The notes below the pieces were generated by a model. That model was not told the DNA's origin. It ran no database searches and was given only the letters and a program-made list of their open reading frames with translations. Below, piece after piece: positions 51,266 to 64,000 of a stretch of 64,000 bases of DNA. Location: contig NW_002060945.1 in the NCBI RefSeq assembly GCF_000150275.1, forward strand, positions 693,872 through 757,871. The letters run 5' to 3'. The position numbers and the translations under genes were made by a program. How positions within the stretch are numbered: the stretch's first letter is position 1; each line of letters opens with the position of its first letter. This stretch comes from Trichoplax adhaerens. Its lineage: Eukaryota > Animalia > Placozoa.

Positions 51266-54081
51266 ATGGAGTCGACACTGCGAGTAGAAGATGTGAAAAA
51301 AATGAAGGTATGTACGCCAATGGAGAATTCTTCTCTATCATTTCGACCTATTAGTTCTAGAATATATCATAGCTTTTGTAATCAGTTATCTGTGGTATTA
51401 CATGAGGTAGCTGTCACCTTATTCGTGAGCATTGCTACTAGTAATCAAATACTGCATCATTGGATGACAAATCTTGTGTACTGTACAGTGTCCAGCACAG
51501 TACGATGCTAAGCTTGTTTCTATGTCCAACTTTGGATTGAACATGAGCGCTTAGCATTAGCCTTAGCTTGTAGGAATGATCTCAAAATTTTAGTGACTCG
51601 TTATGCTCATGTGGATTGGATAGTCTTATTAATCATGCTATCTCGCTCGACTAAAACTGCAATAGGTGACACAGCATTAGCTTACGCCTTGCGAGCTACT
51701 GAAATCGTGTCATACACTAAGTCATGACCGGGGCCTCATTGCTGTTGTTGTTGCCAGTGTTTCTCACTAAGCGTTATAGACCTTTACTAATTCCAGCGTA
51801 TCTAAACTTGCTTACATAGCTTGTCCAGGTCCAAACTCTTTCATTCTACTATAATGTTTTCTAGTATACATCGTTAGCAATACAACCAACTACGGTACTG
51901 CTTGCAATAAAATTCCATGTTGTTAACAAATATTTTTATACTGTATATAATGTACAATTATGATTGGCGTCTGACTAAAAGTTGGAAATAAATTTCAATG
52001 TAGGTTTCAGACTTAAAACGAGAATTAAAGGTGCGCAGTTTATCCACAACAGGGAGTAAAGAGAAGCTCATCGCCCGTTTGGAAGAGGAAATCGAAACTG
52101 GTACATATAACTGTGATAGCATGATATCGATATACGTACGCTTACTAAAGCTTTTCTAGACCTACAGTAAACGCGATGAGAGCGAAATAGCTGTTTATCA
52201 ATAGGATCGTAATGCGTACATCCATGGTCACTCTATTACAGCGACTTGACTCACTATTCTAATTAGAAATGACCAATTAGATTAAAGCTTACTCAATTCG
52301 AAGAAAGTTTTTCTCGTTGATTTCAAGTAGCAATGACGTTTGTAGGATAATGGATAAAGCAAAGTAGATGCTTATGAATACGATCGCAACAGATAAATAG
52401 TTATTGGGTTCAATGATACTATATGTGCTAGTAACTTGCTCTATGCAAATACTTACCAATAATCACAATAAGCGCTGTAATTCACTATATTTGATAAATT
52501 GTTCAGTAGTTTAACATTTGTGAGGGTAACATTTACTGCTCATCTATCACTCCGATATAGAAAATGTGGCCTTGGACGATGACAACGTTGAAGAGAGTGG
52601 CAATGTAGAAGATCTTGGTGAAGTAAGTAGGCCGAACAAACTTGGCATGATCATTATAACTAACGATTGACTCTATTTTTCCTTGAACACCTTACGCTGC
52701 TTATATGTCACCTAGTCTGCGTAAAACGTGAAATATATTGACGCGTATGCCATAATTAGAATTCCTTTACTTTCATAATTAGGATGATGATCTTCTAGCC
52801 GGTAGTACTGCCAATACTAATGACCTGTAAGTAGATGTCTTTATCGTTAATGCAATTATATCATCAAACATTAATGTTATCATTGCTTACTGAAGGAAAG
52901 ACAATGACAATAATAAAGCAGAAATCAAGGTTGACGTCAGTTAACTAATAATTTAATTATTGTAGCGTTCTTTTCACCTTAATGATGTCTAAATATTTAA
53001 ATGTCATGATATACAGTAGTCCCTTTTTACTAAGTTTATATCTAATATAAAGTTCCTTATCATATCTGATAGGATGAAGAAGTAAAAAATGTGAGCGGTT
53101 CTGCTGACAACTCTGAGGAAAAAAAGTTAGTAATCCAATACTTTAAGCTATTAATTGACGTGCGGACGATCATCTTGCCAAAATGTCCTATAACTCTTCA
53201 ATAATGTAATCCCTTCTACATCAATTATTTTGCACTGTACTATAGTGTGACAACGAAGCCGATATCGGAAGCAGAGCGCAAAGCTGCAAGGGCTGCTAGG
53301 TTTAATATCCCAACCTCACCTGAAGAGGCAGCGAAAAAGGAAGCCAGAGCAAAACGGTTAGAGCTACAGCATATTTATATATCCGCTATAAAAATATAAT
53401 ATACTACCCTCATAGTAAGAACATTTTAATACACGCTTCATCTATGTTAACATTATTTTCTAATCATAATTTATATTTTGCAGGTTTGGAATAGAAGGTA
53501 CAGGTGACAATCAATTTAAGCTACGATGAGAACTATTAGAGTACTGTAGTATCAGTTACTTATGATAAATTGAAATCTGCCTTACAGAATCATCAACTAC
53601 TTCCACTATAATACTTAATCCTGAAGAGGTAGGTTACATCGTAATATTGGTACATGATTATGCTTCGTAAGAGTAATTGTGAAAATATACTCTGATTTAT
53701 TGTTTCAGCATTTGGATAAATTAAAGAAGCGAGGTGAACGTTTCGGAGTTTCGGTGTCCCCAACAATGCAAAAAGTGAGTATACTGCATTTATAAGGAAT
53801 TGGAGTTATTGCAGAGATTTAAATTGCCGTCTATTGTATTGTAATAAGATTGATCAGGTAGATCGGCTACTAAAAAGGAAGGAGAAATTTGGTGCAGCTT
53901 CTGTAGCTGGCGGTGATTTAGAGGTATGTAGTTGAATACTGTAAAGTATAGTTGCTCAGTATGTGCTCACATCTTCAACTAGATTCAACTTAATTATAGT
54001 TATAACATCTCTCATTAATTTCCACTGCTTTGTATACAGTCTCGAAAAAAGATGCGAGCAGAACGCTTTGGAGTGCAATAA
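51266..54081 (+). CDS. SARNP: SAP domain-containing ribonucleoprotein (CIP29/Tho1)
   Basis: MESTLRVEDVKKMK|VSDLKRELKVRSLSTTGSKEKLIARLEE (SAP domain); acidic linker; repeated RAARF, RAKRFG, KKRGERFG, KRKEKFG, KMRAERFG motifs; stop 54079-54081. Confidence 0.92.
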
Positions 54082-55829
54082 TGAATTAAGAACCTTGTTA
54101 AATGGACCCTACTACTGTCGTGCAACAGTTCTCTCCGGCCTTTAGAATATGTTTACTTCGAATTTAAGATTATGTTTTATCACCTTTTGCTGCAATGTCT
54201 ACTTCTGTCTGGTTAGGAATGACATTTGTAGAAGAGCATACATGTAGGGTATAACATGTACATAGAAATTGTTGTTGATATATTCCTATTTTAATTTAAA
54301 TTAACAGTTTTCTGCCTATGTTACCTTAAATATATATATTTTAAAAAGTTACCGATTCCAATTGTATTATTTAGCCTAATGATGAATTGATATCGATAGG
54401 CTAGTTTTCCTGTAATGTTAGCATTAGCATTACTATTTTAGGATCGGGCGTACAAATACGTTCTTAAATCTAGCTGTGTAGGTATATTGCTACGTCTGCA
54501 TTGGGCTTTATATCGTAATCTGTGTTATACAAACGCAAATTGTTAAATGCAGAGTAACTAAATATCTAATTGTAAGTTGTATAGATGCTATCCTAATGAG
54601 TTTACATTTGCCTGCTTGACACGTATTAGTTTATTCAATCACACTGTATAAACCCGTGTTGCAATCCTTCGGTTTTAAATATTTGTATTTTGGCCGTACA
54701 TGTCGTTTCCGGTACTCTGCATTTACAAAAATGCAAATACACTTTGTCGATTTTTGTATTGTAAGTTATTTTGTTGTATTGGATAATAAATTGCTATCTC
54801 GTCTCGTCATTTACCTTTAGCCTATTGTGCAAGATGAAATTTAGAGTTACGCTTTGAGTTGGTATGTGGAAGTTTTTATTTATCATATTAGTGCATGCAC
54901 CTCCATAGTTTTTAAGATTTTTCAACTTGTCTGAAACACTTTATTAATTAATAACAATCTGTATACTGTACTGTACATTGCTTCTTGATAAAGCTATTGC
55001 ATTCATAGCATGCTAACGGAGACTTCATGCAAACCATTCCATGAAGGATTGGATTGCTATGTCTAGGCATGGACTACTAGGTCATTGCTAGCAAGTTATT
55101 CTCTATCTTACAACTAGCGATGAAAAAGAAATGAGTCAATATCAATTCTTATGACGACGAGCTGATTAAAAAGTTCTAGAGTTTTTTTTCATCTCGATTT
55201 CCGTTATGCCTACGAGATTGTATCATTATACTCGTACTTACTTATTTTTGTTGATCCTAATTGGCATCACCGACCCAGTTATATGGTATAAACAAGGACT
55301 TCTGAGACAGATGCTATCTATCTAGTCCCTGGTATACAGTAAGTCTGCCTAGCAATGCTGCTGTAGAACCCACGCTCGTTATACTTCGCGTACTAAATAC
55401 AGTCTACAATACGGACTCTGTATTCACTTGTACTTTTTTTACTTTATATTAATTAATTATCGCTGTCGCTTCGCACTGAGTATACCTAACTCCTGTAATA
55501 GGTGTTAAACCTGTTCGAATCAAACCATTTAAGCTACAATCAAATCCTTATTATTCTTACTACATCCGGACACCATATTGTGCGGAAGCGTTTGTATACT
55601 ATACAGTAGTATATCGTACAACACTGCATATCCTAAGGATTTTGCGCATAACTGAGTAACTTACTGGTCTCTAGTTAACTTGTGAGGACTCTGAGTCTAC
55701 CGTACAGTGTACTGTACACTGTACGGTGCTGTACTGTACCGCAATTACTGCTGGGCCTCTCACCTTTGCCGTACAGTATTCCAAAACAAATTAATTTTTT
55801 TTGCCAAGACCGCTGCCACTATCGATATT

Positions 55830-55924
55830 ATGGACATTGTATTAACTACTGCTGGTTATTAACGCCAAGCAAAGACCTCACTAGATTTGTATTAAGATAT
55901 TAAGGATAAATGCATCATCCATGA
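55830..55924 (+). promoter_or_regulatory. Two candidate uORFs upstream of SMG5 (55830-55862; 55910-55924 overlapping the start as ATGA)
   Basis: ATG GAC ATT GTA TTA ACT ACT GCT GGT TAT TAA; ATG CAT CAT CCA TGA. Transcription start unknown. Confidence 0.4.
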
Positions 55925-58900
55925 GTCGAGCTCATAATCTTAATAAAGCGGATTGCAGGCGCTTATACCGGTATACAGTAATTACTAATTAATTAATTTG
56001 ATTTGACTTTTGATCATGTTCAATAAAAGTAAACAGTCTACGTAGTTTTTTTCCTCTCCTTCGTTTACAATATTTGCAAATACGGAGTTGTAAATTGTTC
56101 TGCAGCCAGTTAGTAACACTTAATGATGATCTAAAACAGTGTGATAATACATTTAACTTCTGCATACTCTTAGTATTGTAAGTTAATGATTACTAAAGTT
56201 TGTGCGATAAGCGTTAGTCAGGCTCTGGCTAGGTCCTTGTGTGAGCTCAAATAGTGATATTACGATGACGTACTCTTACACTTGTATGCGAGATTTGGTA
56301 AACTTGTAATCGTTGCAATTATCTACGCTTAAATTGTCTTTATTCTCTATCCATCTATTCAAAATTGATCAACAACCTCATCAAAATACTAACTAATCCT
56401 TGTAAGATTGTTGATATTTTGTATTCACATTGACCTCTCGTTTAGCAATGGTGTAGATATTGCACATCGTGTTGATCACTCCATCAAGGAGATCTCGATT
56501 GCAGCACTTTTACAGCCTCCTCATGTGGATCATCGTTTGAGGTAACACCTTGAAATTCAAAATGGGTACATGCGTACCTACGAATTATATCATATTATTA
56601 CAGTATACTGTTAGGCTATGGAACTGTAATACGATGATATTACTGTATTTTCTGTAGTGAATGTGTTAGAATAAAGCCTTATCAGCTCGATCTTAACGAT
56701 AAAATTTTAGAGTACGAACGGTAGATGCACGTATTAGCAACATTTCCTATTTCTGTGTTATCATTTTTTACTCTACGTATGAATCGTAGATTAAATCATA
56801 TAGACTATGAATTATTTAATGTTACGTCATATCTGTGCAATTAATCTTAATGTAATGTAATGAAAATCTGTATCCTTAATGATTTCTGTTTGATCATAAA
56901 TGAGCAGCTTTAATACTTGTCTAATACGTAGTCTAATTTAAAATTCTTTTATTGATGCCAAAGGTTAAGAGCTATATGTGAACAATTGCTATTGTCAGAT
57001 GATGAAGATATGGGAAAGATGATTGAAGATGTTATGTGGAAGAAGGTATATTACAACGTTATTAGCAAGGGACGACTGAATAAAGAGGTATAGTAAAATA
57101 CCAGGTGCAGTAATTTAGTTATCGTTTATTATTCCGAAATATTTTCTAAAATTACAATCTATCTTTTTTAAAATTTTATCCTAAGAAACTAAGATTAACC
57201 CTTTCTTTGTCGCTGCAACTTAGATGTAGATGCCAATGAAACGTTGTTCTTTATTCACTCTTACTTATCGCCTATATTTTTATATTTACTCCTATCCGGA
57301 TAGGAATTACATGAAGATCTAGATACAAAGACAGCGTTTGCAAATTATTTGTTATCAGCAATAGATTTTTACAAAAGCTTTTTAAGAAAACTAGGCCAAG
57401 CGTTTAATATTGATTTAACGTGCGTATTCTTAGATAATATTGACAGTACTGATGACGATACTGAGACAGCAGGTAAGCTATATTCCAATGTCGAGCACTT
57501 AAGCTTATTATTTAGAATGTGATTGAAATAGAAATCTAAGTTTAAAACTAACTTAATTACGAGTATATAGCCTAACAAAATATCGTCGTTTCCTTTTAAT
57601 GCTTTCAGATTAGTATGTCTTGTTATAGTACAGATCTTTTAAGATTAACGGCATCATGATACCCTTTTTAGCAATAACAATTACATCTCCAAAAGTTGAT
57701 TGGGCAAAAGATGCAAGCGGACGATGCTTAATTTACATTGGAGATCTAGGTAAACGATATTCCCTTGTCAGTACTTTTACCTGCCCAAAATGGAATACGT
57801 AGTAATCGAGGATACCTAACTAAACTAATATTGGATTCTATTTTGATCTTACTTAACGGAATTTTTTTAATTATTATTTAAATTTAGCTCGCTACTACAC
57901 AGATTATGATAGTGTTAAAGGCCATGAGATAGCTTTGGAACATTATCATAAAGCTATGTGTTTTCGTCCTGACTGGGGTATCTAAATTTACATTCTGTTG
58001 TTTAGTCATAGATATTTATATCTCTATTGTTTAATAAGTCAACCAACATTTTTCCTCGAGCCTATGTCATAAATAGCATTAGTATATTTTATTTTCTCTT
58101 CTGTTATATATAGGTATATCTCATAATCAACTGGGAACCTTACATGTCAATTTTAATTTCGGCCTGGACACTATTTATTACTACATGAGATGGTAAGATT
58201 ATGCCGGCATTTATCAAAATTCCAATGACCTTTAGTCTCTAACAATATATTTTCCCTTTAGTCTATATAGCACAGTACCTTTTGATGGTATCATTAATAA
58301 CGTTAAGCGCCATATCAGCAAAACCTATAAGGAAATGCTTCAAATGCTTCAATATGGAGAACCAGAAACAATTACGCGGTAAGTTTGTTACAGTTTTTGC
58401 ATCTTTTACTTAGTGGAGTAGATAATGTGGGATTACGGTACATTGTAATAATTATAAACTTGTACTACGCACAATTTATGGATGACTGCATTCAATTTTA
58501 TATATACCTCAATACTTTTATTTCTATTCCTTTGTAGGGAATATATTTTGAAAAGATTAGTTATTAATTTTATATATCTTAACAGTAATCTAAGTCCAAA
58601 TACCAGGTAAGAGATACTGAGATTGCCTTTAAGTTATTCATGAATAACTACGACGATTATGAATTTTTGTAATTATCATTTAATAGTATGACGATTGAAC
58701 AACTTAATGAACTTTGTGAGAAAGTAATAAAAGATTTTAAAGAATATACTGCATACGGTTTTGAGTTTTGTGAAAACGAAAGTTTATACTCCGTCAAACC
58801 GGACGCGGATTACGATCTTGTAGACTGTAATATTCTTTTTAAGTTACTGGCCGTTTTATATATGTCAGAATATAATCTGTCGCAGATGGGTAAGCATTGT

Positions 58901-61900
58901 TTATGATGTTATTTTTTTACTGACAGGTAATTAAAATCACCAAAGTAGTGATACTGCACTATATGTTTCTTATATTAAATTAGCCTTTCATTTTGCTATT
59001 TGAAGGTGCACCCCAGGAAACTATATCTGTTGCAATCATTATCGCTGTTCTAACTAGAATAGCCCAATGCGTTACGTACTATATAACCTATGGAGAGAAT
59101 GAACAAGACTTAGATGATAACGATTCAGCATCGAATGCACTAAAGACCAGTGAAGGATCTAGCGATTGCCATGAAATGAATAACTACAATAGTGATAATG
59201 ATAAAGATGATCCTCAAACTAAAAAAATGAAAGCAAAGAAACTATTATACAAGAAAGCTAGAGCTAGAAGACGACGTAAAACTAGTGATTCCGAAGATGA
59301 AAGTAGTGACAACAACGAAGATTATAGTGATAGCTCATTTTCTGGGAGCATATCGCATCATAGTGATTCTGAATCGCGTTCACTTCAAGTCTCTTCTTCA
59401 AGTGAATGGTCAACTGACAGTGAAAACAGTGAATCTGAATTAGTTACAGATACAGAGGAAAATATTATTGAAAATAATACAGCCTCTGGAGAAGTTCAAC
59501 CAGTTATAAATGTTAATAATCATACGATTGGTGACGTTGTTGATAGTACTGATACTGTAAATCCTGAGGGGTCAAATCGCAATGACTCAGAATGTGAAGG
59601 TAATTAGAGCTCTAGCTTCGATAATTATAAAACGCCAACCATGTATTATTCTTTAAATGACCCCATAATAATACATTATAGTTGCAACCGATCAGCCAGA
59701 TTTTCACGTGGACATCGAGAAGCAGCGAAGACTACGCAAAATTAGTAATAAATTGCTTAATGTTTTAAAAATTGGAACAGATTGGCTGATAAGCCATGAG
59801 GAAGTTCTGGATAAATATCAAGAGGTACAGTGAGCAAATAGTGTATTTATTTCTGATATTTTTAGATTATAAATTATTATTTATTTCTTCCTTTTTCGTT
59901 ATATTTACTCCATTATTTAGGATCTTGCTCAGTTTTGGTCTGATTATGCGACGCTATTAAACTGCATTATCATGACTTATCCTCAAGCAATCCAACAAAA
60001 TTTTGATCAAATTGACCCTTTACCGGAGGACATCTACTTATTAGGTTTTAAGCCTTTAGAACGTATTCACATTAATATTAAGCCTAATAGCCGAAATTTG
60101 CAAAAAATCGCTAAATCCGATCTGGTAACGTATTTAGATAGATAGAAAAGATCAATAATTATTTTTAGCCGTTCATGCGCTAAAATATTAATCCTAAGAT
60201 TTGTATTGTTATCAAGACATTCAAGCGTTTAAACTATTTACTGCAGTTTGGATTTTACTTAGCATATCACAAGGTATTTAATTCAGCTTTATACTATCGT
60301 AATATCGTGTATTCTGCACATTTAAATACTGTATAGTTAGTACACGACAGAAACTACTTAATTTATCTTTTCGACTTATGGCTACCATTTTAAGGATGAA
60401 AATCAAATTAAAGTCATAATTAACTTCTATTAACATTTATAAGCCAATGCAAGGTTTAATTTGGGTAGCAAATGAATGTCAATTTTATGGGCCGCTTCAA
60501 TTAGCTGAATATAAAGCAGAAGTTACAGTACAGATAAGCAAGGAAGAAGAAGACAAGGTAAAGAGAATTGTGCCAATAAAGTCTTTATATGTATCTATCA
60601 ATTCATCGAAAGCTAATCTTATTACGGTCGTATTCTAACGAAAGGCAAAGGCTAAACGCCTTCAAGCTATGAAAATGATGGCGCAAATGAAATTGAAGGT
60701 AATGCTATTTGCATTGAAATTAATTAGTAATATGCGATATATGATAAACATTTGCTATTTTATTCGATTATAGTCAGACGTAGAGTCACTTGAAGCTAAC
60801 GTTGCTTCACGTGATGCAAATAAAGGAGTTACAATATCGCCCTATTTAGTACCAGATGCTTTCGCGTTTTGCAATTCTCTCAGAGCAATCCAAGACTTCA
60901 GCCATAGCGGACAACTAGTCATTATAGTGCCTCTAGCAGGTTGTATATGTAATGATCTAAAATATGCTAACTTATAACATTTGAAATTCACGAGTTTAGT
61001 TTTACTTTGAAGATTAGATGGAACTACTTATACAGTATAACCAGTAGATTAGCTGACTTAACAAACATAGATTTTCGATTTTTTCGATATTTACCATATC
61101 TAATTTGCGAATAATAGTTGTACAGTCGCTTGATAATATGAAAAAGATAAGTGCCCAAGCCAGGCAGGCAATAAAATATTTAGAAGTTCAATTTAAGAAA
61201 GGCAACAGGTAAGGATGACGAGATTGAATCCTTTACTTGCATTAATGAAGCAAGATGATTATTGCATGACAGTTTATGCTTTTCGTGAGGAATTTTGGAT
61301 TATTTTAAACTTCTAATGTTTTCATATGGTAATATAACTACATTTATCATCTCTAGATTTACCTTAATATTACGTTGCTTTGCATAAATAATTATACTGT
61401 ATCTTGTAATACAGTAGATAATAGGTTATCTTTCTATCTGTATACATTGTTGGTGTTCGCTATTGTAATACTATCACTTGTTCTACCATGAATCATTTAC
61501 TTTACTTTGCCTCTTCAATTTACCTACATAACAAGATGGCTAAGAGCGCAAAACGATAATGAAATGTCTTCAAAGATTAAAAGGCGGAAAAACCAAGGCC
61601 AAGAAAACTGGTAATACTACTGTACTTGCTGTTGAAATTTCTTAGTTTTCGATTGATTTTGTTCTTAGCGTTTCTTTATATGTGGATAGTCACAATGGTA
61701 GTTTCTGTCAATAATAAGATATTATTAGCTAGCTGATTTCATTGATTCCAGTGAATTGAGTTCAATATAATTGCTGACCAAAGGCCGTTTACTTTTAGGA
61801 TTTATGAACAAATCATTGATTGCTGTTGTTACTTCAGTGAAGGCAAACAGAATATGGTAACACTATTAACAGGCATTGACTTACGAAATGAAGAAATAGC

Positions 61901-62012
61901 TGCAAATAAAGGCTTAGATTCAAATATGCTAGAACTTGCAAAAAAGCAAGATGTCAAAATAGAAAACATTAAGCTGTTTACCAAAAAATGGAAATCGTAT
62001 AAGCGTAAATAA
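55921..62012 (+). CDS. SMG5: Nonsense-mediated decay factor SMG5 (EST1B)
   Basis: RRLYRNGVDIAHRVD, LRAICEQLLL..IEDVMWKKVYYNVI, RCLIYIGDLARY, GISHNQLGTL, acidic RRRRKTSDSEDE insert, PLPEDIYLLGFKPL, AMKMMAQMKLK, PIN domain SPYLVPD..VIIVPLAVVQSLDNMKK..ARQAIKYLEVQFKKGNRWLRAQ..VTLLTG. Confidence 0.93.
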
Positions 62013-64000
62013 AGTGAAAATTTGATAAAATAGAAACCTGTTTAAATGTAACTGAGCTATAGTAAATACTTAATCTTAAGAGTAGATTAATACTTGAACT
62101 GGTTGAATTGGGTTGAGCTGGACTTTTCTTAGGAGGCTGTAACATATAACATATATCTATACACCCGACATATGCTTGAAAGTATAATCTCAATTTATGA
62201 AATGTCATATGATGATAGCGGCCACATGTTAGCTGTTAGTTTCATGACGCATGATAATGATGGATTAATCCGTCGTACATTTGATATCTTAATGTACATT
62301 TTTGGGATTACAAGAATGATAGTCTTTTGATCTAATCAATAAGCGAATATATAGCTATCATAGATATATTAGAATGTTATTCCTTCTCAGATAACTAGCT
62401 GAAATTGTGTGAGCCTGTGCAGAGCTAACTTGCCCTAATTGAAAAGGATTACATATGATAGATTATAAAAGGTTTGACGTGCGTTACCAAGGATCTTTGA
62501 ACATAGTAATTAACTTAATTTAGAAGACATTTCTTCAATTGTCTTACAATTTGTCTTAAAATATACATAGAAGAATTGTTCTAAAAATTAATTATTTTTT
62601 AGAAGCTAAATCTCATAAACTGCAAGGATTTTGTATTATCATTTTATGATGATATACTATAGTCGTTGGACAATATATTCGTATCCCGACTCTTAGAGTT
62701 AACATGGATAAAAGACTAAAAGTATGATTATATTCGTTTTAGTGGATAGATAATTTCGGTACGCTATAGAAAATTTTCATACAACTTCTGGTAAAATTAA
62801 CTCCATTGCAAACTGAATAGTAACGTTCAAATTAAGCTACATTTATAAATTGTCATATCATTATCATACATCATGAAAGACATCAAGAGTAGTGCTTTTG
62901 CAGTTTATTTATAGGCTGCACAATTCTAAATATAGAATCCGAGAAAGCAAAACTCATTGAATCAGCCTTCTATTTTAGAATTATAATAACAGGAACTGAG
63001 ATAACTTCAAAGAATTTTAAAATCCTGAAACCGTCATTAGATATAAAATCACTAAATTCGCAATAAATTGCTTAGAGTAGTAAAAAATTGGCAACTCAGG
63101 CTGCTAGTTTTGTGTTAAATGTCATGAGCTATGATCACCTTGCAAATGCGCGCACAATCATGTGTAATAATTATAAGTATTAATAAGGCTCCTTTTGATG
63201 ACTGCTAAAATTGATTTCTTACTTTCATCAATTTCTATTGTCCTTGACCTTTAAAGTGTTATTAACGATAATGAAGGGCTGTAATATAGCTATTAGCAAC
63301 CATGGCAATATTTTACTCTAGTAATGAAAGTAATGATAATACTTTAATTTACATAATAGTTCTCTCGAAGTTTATTCTCCCGCAAGCTATTATGGCAACG
63401 GAAGTAGAAGTGGAATTTATCGTTCCTGACCCCACAATTGAAAAAGGAATAAGGAATAAAATTATTATGATGCTAATTTAAAACTGTATGATTAAAAGAA
63501 AAAACGTTGACACGTTACTGCCCCTATCAGGAAAATGAAAGAAGAAAACTTACATGATAGCTACGACAATTCAGAAAGAAATCTCTTAATAAATGTAGTA
63601 ACATCTTGCAATAATAATATTTATCAATTGACAGGGTAATGACTTTTATCCTTATGAATGGACGCCCTATAGCAGTAATCACATTCCATTTTTTTTATTT
63701 AAAGATCAATATGTGAAACAGATGATTGATTTCAAACAATAACCATATTAGATTATAGAATTAATATTGCATGGAATTGATTGATATTGGTCGATATTGT
63801 ACACATTCTTCTAAGCTATTGAAAAAAGATATGTCTAGAAAATGCTATAATAAAAGAATAATAGTTAAGAACATGAAGAAAAATAAATTCAGAAATAAAA
63901 AAAAACTAAAGTGACCGTACGCATGTGATAAAATTTTCCCTATACATGTTGGAATCTATCGAAAAATAACAAAAATTAAAAGTTCATGAGTATTAAAAGT

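Noticed and set aside
51027-51511. ORFs rich in YST/VQY/CTV
   Set aside because: Translations of the TACTG/CAGTA repeat; only MESTLRVEDVKKMK (SARNP exon 1) is real.
60840-62012. SMG5 PIN domain lacking most catalytic acidic residues
   Set aside because: Expected for SMG5, whose PIN active site is degenerate; it supports the orthology call rather than novelty.
1-64000. tRNA, rRNA, snRNA genes, intact transposase/RT ORFs, U12-type introns
   Set aside because: None recognised by eye; Infernal/tRNAscan and a repeat library would be needed to exclude them.

Overview
AT-rich, intron-dense eukaryotic (animal) genomic DNA with short GT-AG introns and two assembly gaps. Compact introns, abundant TACTG/CAGTA motifs and intronless 42-aa TPR ORFs suggest a placozoan such as Trichoplax (inference). 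I spliced the genes by hand. In order they are: (-) a TPR + symmetric-exon array + Roc-like GTPase (ROCO-type) locus running off the left edge; decayed coding remnants including an LRP/YWTD-like pseudogene; a 65+5n-bp minisatellite ending in a 55-bp fold-back; PISD (+); a Zwint/Sos7/Kre28-like gene (+); a DED-coiled-coil-NHL gene (-); an AQP11/12-like aquaporin (-); CCDC148 (+), preceded by a near-identical partial copy that is probably a haplotype/assembly duplication; a short REXO1-like exonuclease (+) bracketed by degenerate direct repeats; SNF8 (-) head-to-head with SARNP (+); and SMG5 (+). The most unusual structure is at 1-4440. There the TPR ORF is one nucleotide out of frame with a chain of eight phase-1/1 exons (five exactly 96 nt, every one starting with AT) leading into a P-loop Roc-like domain, almost none of which appears in the ORF track. 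No rRNA, tRNA or CRISPR array was recognised.
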